Source: Rhizobacter sp.
GTDB lineage: Bacteria > Pseudomonadota > Gammaproteobacteria > Burkholderiales > Burkholderiaceae_C
Direction: 5' to 3' (one strand)
DNA: 24,000 bases
NCBI GenBank assembly: GCA_046595475.1
Contig: JBKJOQ010000059.1
In this document: positions 17,811 to 24,000 of the stretch, piece by piece
How positions within the stretch are numbered: the stretch's first letter is position 1
Layout: each line of letters starts with the position of its first letter
Made by a program: the position numbers and the translations under genes
The notes under the pieces: generated by a model
Told to the model about the DNA's origin: nothing
Databases searched by the model: none
Seen by the model: only the letters and a program-made list of their open reading frames with translations

Positions 17811-18248
17811 TTATTCCGCGCGCACCCACGTCTGGGTGCGACCCAAGAGCGGCGTGCCGATGTAGCCGCGCACCTCGAGCTTGCGGCCGCCGTCCAGGGG
17901 CTTCAGGCGAACCCGGTAGGTCTTGCCGTTGTTGGGGTCGAGGATTTCGCCACCCGACCACACCTCTTCGTCAGGCTGCTTGCTGACGTTGCTCAGGATG
18001 ATCAGGCCCACCAAGCGCTGGTTCTTGCGGTCGTCACCGCACTGGTCGCAGACCGATTCCCTCTTCGACGCGTCGAACAAGGACTCGATGCGCCCGGTCA
18101 AACGCCCGCCGGTCTCTGTCACACGCACGATCGACTTCTCAGTCTTGCCGTCGTCGTCGATCGTCTTCCACACGCCAACGGGGCTGGCTTGCGCCCAGGC
18201 GGCACACGCGCCAAGAGCCAGGGTCACCGCAGCAATGAAACGCTTCAT
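17811..18248 (-). CDS. DUF2147-like exported protein
   Basis: 145 aa; signal peptide then ASPVGVWKTIDDDGKTEKSIVRVTETGGRLTGRIESLF...VWSGGEILDPNNGKTYRVRLKPLDGGRKLEVRGYIGTPLLGRTQTWVR. Confidence 0.88.
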   Translation of the reverse strand: MKRFIAAVTLALGACAAWAQASPVGVWKTIDDDGKTEKSIVRVTETGGRLTGRIESLFDASKRESVCDQCGDDRKNQRLVGLIILSNVSKQPDEEVWSGGEILDPNNGKTYRVRLKPLDGGRKLEVRGYIGTPLLGRTQTWVRAE

Positions 18249-18658
18249 CTCAATCTCCTCTTGTGGTTGTCAAGGCACACGCAGTCGAGCCGGTAGGCTG
18301 GAACCAGGCCTCTTGTCTCGACAGGGGCGTGTGCCGGCGCTCCGCGCATCGCGCGGCAGCGCACGATATGAGCGAGCCCGCATCTGCGCACTGACTGGCC
18401 AAGCCAATTGCTTGTCTTGCCCGCTACGGGTTTGCACCTCATGGCAGCGCTACACCTTGCGCGCGTTCGCCCAAGTCGCGCATTTGTTGGCAAAGGCACG
18501 CTTCAACAGCGGAACCTAACTCGCAACCAGGCGTTAGGCGTGCACTTGTTCCTTCATTCCAAGCCGCGCGCAGCCTACTCTTTGTTACCGATGCCGCGAA
18601 CAGCCTTTCTTATTCGCCGATTCGCCAGTAAAAGACCTCAACCTCAGAAGGAACCGAC

Positions 18659-19015
18659 ATGCACAGCCACACGTCTTCAAAAGCCCTCCGGGCCATCGCC
18701 TTCTCTCTTGTCGCGCTGAGCGCCTGCACCGCGACCATGGCCGGCGAATCGATTGCAGCTCCGCTCGTCCTCGCCAAGGCCGACACCACCATGCCGTTCG
18801 TGCACTCCATGGCACCAGCGGCCGCCACCAACGAATCGGCAGCCGCCTACCCGTCTCTGGCTGAAGCCGAACTCATCGGCATGGGCTACTCGACCTTTGA
18901 CGCCGTGCTGGCCGAAGCGCTGGGCACGGCCACTGCCGCTGGTTACGGCCCGGCGCCGTCACGTGGCGCCGTCGAGGCCGTGGTGGCCCGCCTCATGGGC
19001 GGCCTGATGCCCTGA
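18659..19015 (+). CDS. Small exported hypothetical protein
   Basis: 118 aa; signal peptide-like N-terminus (ALRAIAFSLVALSACTATMA); RBS AGAAGGAA upstream. Confidence 0.6.
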   Translation: MHSHTSSKALRAIAFSLVALSACTATMAGESIAAPLVLAKADTTMPFVHSMAPAAATNESAAAYPSLAEAELIGMGYSTFDAVLAEALGTATAAGYGPAPSRGAVEAVVARLMGGLMP

Positions 19016-19036
19016 GCGACGCTCGGCAGTTCAGCT

Positions 19037-20752
19037 TCACGCCAAGGGCGCGACCGCGACGCGGTTGCGCCCTTCTTTTTTGGCCCGGTAAAGCGCGTTG
19101 TCGGCCTGCTCCAGCAGCTGAGCGGCATCGAGCCGCGCGTGACCCAGGCACAGCCCGATGCTGATGGTGACGCTCAAGCCTGCGGCCACCTCGTCCCAGC
19201 CGTGGCCTTCGATGGCCGCGCGCAGCCGCTCGCAGGCCTCACCGGCCCACTCGAGCGTTGACGAAGCAAAGACGATCAGAAACTCTTCGCCGCCCGTGCG
19301 TGCGATCAGATCGCCGCCGCGCACACGCGCACGGAACAGGTCGGCCGTGGCCATCAGCACTGCATCACCCACGGCATGCCCGAAGCGGTCGTTCACCTGT
19401 TTGAAGTGATCGAGGTCGAGCACCGCCACAGCCAAAGGGACACCGGTGCGCGTGCTGTGTGACATGAGGCGCGGCAGCTCGCGCTCCACCTGGCGGCGGT
19501 TGCCCAGGCCGGTGAGCGGGTCGGCCAGCACATAGCGGCCCAGCTCGCGAGCCTGCGCCTGCAGGCGCTCGGCTTCGGCAGCCATCTGCTCGGCGCGCAC
19601 CCGCTGCAGCTCAGCCTGCATGCGTGAGCGCTCGGCGCCGAAGAGGGCTTGGTCGAGCTCCAGCCGGTTCATCATCAGGCGCGATTGAGCATCACAGCGC
19701 TGTTCCAGCTGCTCTTTGGTGAGGGCGTGGTACGCCTCGTGGTGTGCGAGCGCCTCGCCCAGGTCGCCACGCGCCTTGTGCGCCAGGTAGAGCTGCAGGT
19801 GCATGTCACGCACCATGGCGTTGGCATAGAGCTCTTGGGCGCCGGCCAGCGCTTCATTCAGCAAGGGCACGGCTTCGTCATAGCGCTTGCCTCGCACCAG
19901 CAGCTCGGCGCGGCTGCCATCAGAGGCCAGCACCAGCGCGCGGTGGCCATGCTGCACGGCGAGCGCGCGCGAATGGTCGAGCAGCGTGTAGGCCGCCTTC
20001 TCTTGCCCGCTCACGCCAAGGTAGCGGCCCAGATTCGACAGCGTCAGCGCCTCGCGATAGGCGTTGCCCGACCGGCGCGCCACGTTGAGCGCTTCTTCAC
20101 CATGGCGGCGCGCGCGCTCCATGGCGGCCTGGGCGCCCACGAGGTCACCACGCGATTCAAGGGCGTCGAAGGCATCGGAGGCCACCACTCCCAGGTTGGT
20201 GAGCGCGCGGTAGATCTCTTCTTCGCTTTGCAGCTCGCGCGCCATGGCAAGCGACTCGGCTAGAAATCGCTCGCCCTCTTCGAAGCGCCCCAAATGCCCC
20301 TTGGTCAGGCCCACGCGGTTGTAGGCCAGGCACAGCAGGCCTGCATCACCGCAGGCGCGTGCAGCTTCCACGCTTTCGCTGACGTGGTCTAGCGCCTCGG
20401 CATTCAGACCGAGGTCGAGCAGCGCCATCGCCATGTTGCACAGCACTTCGGCACGCGCCGCGTCGTCACCCGTCTCACGCAGGGTGGGCAGCACGGCCTG
20501 CCCGGCAGCAATGGCCTGCTCAGCCAGGCCTTCGCGGCAATTGAGCGTCACCAGCAGGCGCAGCGCTTTCGAAAGGCTCGCGCTGTCTTGGGCGTCTCGC
20601 GCCAGAGCCTCGGCTCGCAAGGCGAGCTCGATGCCGCGGGCATGCTCGTCCCGCTCGGATGCCTGCTGGGCCTGCTGCAGCAGGGCGATCAGCGAGGCAG
20701 GGGCTGCCGCCACATGTGGCGCGTGGGATGCTTGCGTGCCGGGCGGGTTCAT
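19037..20752 (-). CDS. TPR-containing GGDEF-domain protein, probable diguanylate cyclase
   Basis: 571 aa; N-terminal TPR-like repeats, C-terminal GGEEF signature (RGGDLIARTGGEEFLIVFAS). Confidence 0.93.
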   Translation of the reverse strand: MNPPGTQASHAPHVAAAPASLIALLQQAQQASERDEHARGIELALRAEALARDAQDSASLSKALRLLVTLNCREGLAEQAIAAGQAVLPTLRETGDDAARAEVLCNMAMALLDLGLNAEALDHVSESVEAARACGDAGLLCLAYNRVGLTKGHLGRFEEGERFLAESLAMARELQSEEEIYRALTNLGVVASDAFDALESRGDLVGAQAAMERARRHGEEALNVARRSGNAYREALTLSNLGRYLGVSGQEKAAYTLLDHSRALAVQHGHRALVLASDGSRAELLVRGKRYDEAVPLLNEALAGAQELYANAMVRDMHLQLYLAHKARGDLGEALAHHEAYHALTKEQLEQRCDAQSRLMMNRLELDQALFGAERSRMQAELQRVRAEQMAAEAERLQAQARELGRYVLADPLTGLGNRRQVERELPRLMSHSTRTGVPLAVAVLDLDHFKQVNDRFGHAVGDAVLMATADLFRARVRGGDLIARTGGEEFLIVFASSTLEWAGEACERLRAAIEGHGWDEVAAGLSVTISIGLCLGHARLDAAQLLEQADNALYRAKKEGRNRVAVAPLA

Positions 20753-20777
20753 CAAGGTCGCACTGCGGGGCTTGAGA

Positions 20778-22079
20778 TCAAGCGGGCAAGTCGCTGGGTT
20801 GCAAGGCTGTGGCGAGTACCTTGTCGACACGCTTGCCGTCGAGGTCGACCACCTCAAAGCGCCAGCTTTCCCACTCCACCGAATCGGTGGTCTGGGGCAG
20901 GCGGCCCAGCAGCAGCATCACCATGCCGGCCAGTGTGTTGTAGCGGCCGCGGTCTTCTTCGGGCAGGTCTTTCAGGCTCAGGCGGTCTTTCAGCTCCGGC
21001 ACCGGAATCAACCCATCAAAGAGCCAGCTGCCGTCGGCACGTTGGATGGCCCAGGCATCTTCGGCGGCTGGCGTAGTGAACTCGCCTGTGATCGTTTCCA
21101 TCACGTCGCGCACGGTGATCACGCCCTGCACCTCGCCGTATTCATCGACAACAAAAACCAGCTGCGCACTCGACGCCCGAAACTGGTCCAGCAGCTCCAT
21201 GCCCGAGAGCGTTTCGGGCACGAACACCGGCGGTTGCAGCTTTTCGGTGAGCGACAGTGGCTGGCCCTGCAGCTGCTGCTGCAGCAGCGTCTGTGCCGAC
21301 ACCACGCCCAGCACGTCGTTGAGCCCGCCGCGGCACACCGGGTAGCGCGAATGCTCTTGCCCTGCAATGGCTGCGAGCACGGTTTCCAGCGGCGCCACGG
21401 CGTCGAGCCAGACGATGTCAGTGCGCGGGATCATCATCGAGCCCACCGAGCGGTCATCGAGGCGGAACACGTTGCGCACCATCTGGTGCTCTTGCGCCTC
21501 GATCACGCCGGCGTCCAAGCCCTCTTCGAGGCTGGCAGCAATTTCTTCTTCCGTCACCGAGCGGCTGGGGCCACCGTGAATCCCCATCAGGCGCAGCGTG
21601 GCCTCAGTGCACCACGACAGCAGCTTCACGAAAGGCCGCACCGCCAACGAGAGCCACTCCATGGGGTGCGCCACCAGGCGTGCCACGGTTTCGGGATACA
21701 TCTGGCCGACCCGCTTGGGCACCAACTCGCCGAAGATGATGGTCACGAAGGTGATGCACATCACCACCAGCGCGGTCGCTGAGATGCCAGCCATCTTGGG
21801 CGTGACACCAAAGCTGCTGACCAGCCACGCCCCCAACGGCTCGGAAAAAGCCGCTTCGCCGACGATGCCATTGAGCACGCCGATCGAGGTGATGCCGATC
21901 TGCACCGTGGAGAGAAACTTGGTCGGGTTCTCGTGCAGATCCATTGCGACCTGCGCGCTGGAGTCTCCGGTCTCCACCATCACCTGCAGCCGCGCCCGGC
22001 GGCTGGCGGTGAGCGCCATCTCTGACATGGCGAACAACCCGTTGAGCAGTATCAGGAAGGCAAGAAGAGCTGTTTCCAT
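20778..22079 (-). CDS. Hemolysin-family/CNNM transmembrane (DUF21) protein with CBS and CorC-type C-terminal domain
   Basis: 433 aa; METALLAFLILLNGLFAMSEMALTASRRARLQ, TKFLSTVQIGITSIGVLNGIVGE, CBS pair, C-terminal transporter-associated domain. Confidence 0.93.
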   Translation of the reverse strand: METALLAFLILLNGLFAMSEMALTASRRARLQVMVETGDSSAQVAMDLHENPTKFLSTVQIGITSIGVLNGIVGEAAFSEPLGAWLVSSFGVTPKMAGISATALVVMCITFVTIIFGELVPKRVGQMYPETVARLVAHPMEWLSLAVRPFVKLLSWCTEATLRLMGIHGGPSRSVTEEEIAASLEEGLDAGVIEAQEHQMVRNVFRLDDRSVGSMMIPRTDIVWLDAVAPLETVLAAIAGQEHSRYPVCRGGLNDVLGVVSAQTLLQQQLQGQPLSLTEKLQPPVFVPETLSGMELLDQFRASSAQLVFVVDEYGEVQGVITVRDVMETITGEFTTPAAEDAWAIQRADGSWLFDGLIPVPELKDRLSLKDLPEEDRGRYNTLAGMVMLLLGRLPQTTDSVEWESWRFEVVDLDGKRVDKVLATALQPSDLPA

Positions 22080-22172
22080 GAACCGGGGCCCGCCCGGAAC
22101 GCACTGTACGAAGAAGCGGGCAAGCGTAGCAGAGTCGTTCTGCGGTGCAGTGACAGGCCGCAGAATGACGTC

Positions 22173-22994
22173 ATGAACTACTTGATTGGCGACCTGCAAG
22201 GCTGCTGCGACGCGCTGGAGCGGCTCTTGGCACGCATTGCGTTCTCCCCCTCACGCGACCACGCCTACTTTCTCGGCGACCTGGTGAACCGGGGGCCTGC
22301 TTCACTGGCCACGGTGCGGCGCCTGAGCGCCTTGGGCAACGCCACCACTTGCCTGCTGGGCAACCACGACCTGCACCTGCTGGCGGTGGCCTACGGCGTG
22401 CGCCCGGCGGGCCGCCATGACACGCTCGTCGACCTGCTGCAGGCACCCGACCGCGACACGCTGATCGAGTGGCTGCGCCACCGCCGCATGGCCGTACACG
22501 AGCAGGGTTGGCTGATGGTGCACGCGGGCGTGGCGCCCCAATGGGACCTGGCCACGACACTGGCGCTCGCGGGCGAGGTGGAGCAGCGCCTGCGCAGCCC
22601 CGACATCGCGAGCTTCCTGCGCGTGATGTACGGCAACGAGCCCGCCCGCTGGGAGCCGGGGCTGCAAGGCGAAGCGCGCTTGCGCTTTGCGGTCAACGTG
22701 CTCACGCGCATTCGCTTTTGCACCGCCGACGGCACGCTCGACATGAAGACCAAGGACGGCGTCAGCGATGCACCGCCCGGCCTTTACCCCTGGTTCGACG
22801 CTCCCGGCCGGCAGACCACGGGGGTGCCCACGGCCTTCGGGCACTGGTCCACGCTGGGCTTGGTCGACAGGCCAAATCTGTTGTCGTTGGACACCGGCTG
22901 CGTGTGGGGCGGCCAATTGACCGCCGCGCGCGTCGATGGCGCACAGCGCGAAGTGATTCAGGTGCCCTGCGAGCAAGCCCAGCGACCCGATTGA
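22173..22994 (+). CDS. apaH: Symmetrical bis(5'-nucleosyl)-tetraphosphatase
   Basis: 273 aa; YLIGDLQGC, FLGDLVNRGP and LLGNHDLHLLA metallophosphatase motifs characteristic of ApaH. Confidence 0.96.
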   Translation: MNYLIGDLQGCCDALERLLARIAFSPSRDHAYFLGDLVNRGPASLATVRRLSALGNATTCLLGNHDLHLLAVAYGVRPAGRHDTLVDLLQAPDRDTLIEWLRHRRMAVHEQGWLMVHAGVAPQWDLATTLALAGEVEQRLRSPDIASFLRVMYGNEPARWEPGLQGEARLRFAVNVLTRIRFCTADGTLDMKTKDGVSDAPPGLYPWFDAPGRQTTGVPTAFGHWSTLGLVDRPNLLSLDTGCVWGGQLTAARVDGAQREVIQVPCEQAQRPD

Positions 22995-23014
22995 CTACAA
23001 TCGCGGCTTCTTCA

Positions 23015-23104
23015 GGAAGCGTGGCCGAGCGGTTTAAGGCACTGGTCTTGAAAACCAGCGATGGGGGAACCCATCCGTGAGTTCGAATCTCACCGCTTCC
23101 GCCA
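23015..23104 (+). tRNA. tRNA-Ser (anticodon TGA), CCA encoded
   Basis: GGAAGCG...CGCTTCC-G-CCA acceptor, long variable arm GCGATGGGGGAACCCATCCGT, CTTGAAA anticodon loop. Confidence 0.97.
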
Positions 23105-23118
23105 GACAAGTAGGAAAT

Positions 23119-23140
23119 ACGGGCCCTTGCGGCCCGTTTT
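23119..23140 (+). terminator. Rho-independent terminator after tRNA-Ser
   Basis: ACGGGCC-CTTGC-GGCCCGT followed by TTT. Confidence 0.85.
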
Positions 23141-23303
23141 CAATTTCCACCTGCGTTTGAACCTTCCTCCGAATTCACACTGGCTTGCGACAGATCAGCC
23201 TTCATGCAGGTGATGCGTGCGGGGTCACCGGCGCCTCGATCGCCTCCCAGCCGAGCACGATGGCCGGCACCGCCTCGCGAAGGTGCTTCGCAAGGCGGGC
23301 CGA

Positions 23304-23699
23304 TCACCTCGGGTGTCCGAGCAACAACATCACCGCAGACGCGATGGCCATGGCGATGAACACCAGCCGCATGGGGCCGGGGCGGCGCATGCCTGTGAAC
23401 GGTTCACCGCAGCGCACGAAGCCGACCTGGGTCAGCGCCGCGACGATGGCCTCTCTGCCACCGCTGCACGAGAAGTAAACGCCGCCGGGCGTGTCGGCCC
23501 GGTTGTGCTGGATGCGAAAGCCCCGGCTCATCCAGGCCGGCCCGTCGGGTTCGAAAGCCACCACCTGATCCGGTCGGAACTCGTACGTTCCCAGGCAACG
23601 AATCACCAGCATGTCCTTCGAGATGGTGATGCCCGCCTTGCCCCCCTGCTGGGAGCTGAACCCGACGCGCGTGTGCCCACTCAGGGTGATCTCGGTCAT
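23304..23699 (-). CDS. Hypothetical protein with C-terminal transmembrane segment
   Basis: 131 aa from MTEITLSGH; ends GPMRLVFIAMAIASAVMLLLG; good RBS (AGGAG) upstream. Confidence 0.65.
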   Translation of the reverse strand: MTEITLSGHTRVGFSSQQGGKAGITISKDMLVIRCLGTYEFRPDQVVAFEPDGPAWMSRGFRIQHNRADTPGGVYFSCSGGREAIVAALTQVGFVRCGEPFTGMRRPGPMRLVFIAMAIASAVMLLLGHPR

Positions 23700-24000
23700 T
23701 CCTTGCTCCTGGTCCGAGTGGCAGCGGGAGGCACTCCTTCGCGAGGGCCCGGAGGGTTCGCACCACGCAGTCGCCGTTGCCGGGCCGCACGCCAAAGATT
23801 GAAAATCAGGGCGAAACCCGGGATCGTCCAGCACGCTGAAATCACGAGGGCAGCCAGGTTGGCGTCTTCCCAGTCGAACGTCGGCGGTGCCGCACCCGCC
23901 GAAGTCTCCTGCGAGTCGGCCACGTCGACCAGCATGGCGCCTTCAGCCAGCTGCGCGCCGTCACGTTCGAGGAAGGACCGCACGACCGTGGGAACCGTGC
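23696..24000 (-). CDS. Hypothetical membrane protein, probably truncated at window edge
   Basis: Open frame reaches the window end; hydrophobic NLAALVISACWTIPGFALIFNLW; ATGA overlap with the 23304-23699 gene. Confidence 0.55.
   Translation of the reverse strand, partial: TVPTVVRSFLERDGAQLAEGAMLVDVADSQETSAGAAPPTFDWEDANLAALVISACWTIPGFALIFNLWRAARQRRLRGANPPGPREGVPPAATRTRSKE

Noticed and set aside
16534-17865. 443-aa plus-strand ORF opposite the ABC substrate-binding protein
   Set aside because: Antisense shadow of a well-supported CDS; His/Gln/Arg-rich with no recognisable domain.
18510-18550. Possible integron attC-like end (CCTAACTCGCAACCAGGCGTTAGGCGTGCAC)
   Set aside because: It contains a GTTAGGC-like core, but no matching partner site upstream at attC spacing and no integrase; only a short CCTAA/TTAGG hairpin is supported.
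20433-21782. 449-aa plus-strand ORF opposite the GGDEF and CNNM/CorC-like genes
   Set aside because: Overlaps two confident genes antisense; no domain signature and no plausible gene context.
1-24000. CRISPR arrays, transposons or phage islands
   Set aside because: No regularly spaced direct repeats, transposase/integrase motifs or terminal repeats were seen on reading both the sequence and the ORF track.

Overview
This is a GC-rich window with betaproteobacterial (Burkholderiales/Comamonadaceae-like) gene content. No CRISPR array, transposase, integrase or rRNA is visible. The left part is ordinary: an edge-truncated pepN, then fbp and a histidine phosphatase in a tight operon, tRNA-Thr(CGT), a VanZ-like gene, an AraC-family regulator and a helical-repeat protein. 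The right part holds an ABC substrate-binding protein, a DUF2147-like protein, a TPR-GGDEF protein, a CNNM/CorC-like protein, apaH, tRNA-Ser(TGA) and two small overlapping genes. The notable segment is about 7.2-16.5 kb. It encodes five small exported proteins of very different lengths that share, just after a signal peptide, a motif of the form L(S/A/N)D(S/A/E)(E/A)LSxVxGxxG. These are grouped with an exported C39-like Cys protease, an outer-membrane beta-barrel candidate, a FadL/OmpP1-family barrel, a DUF2059-like periplasmic protein and a DUF4382-like lipoprotein. The gene order resembles the poorly understood putative pilus ('Fil') locus annotated in Acinetobacter. The shared motif looks like a double-glycine-type recognition tag, so I propose a periplasmic C39-tag processing and surface-display system. 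That is inference: family names are from memory and no homology search was run.
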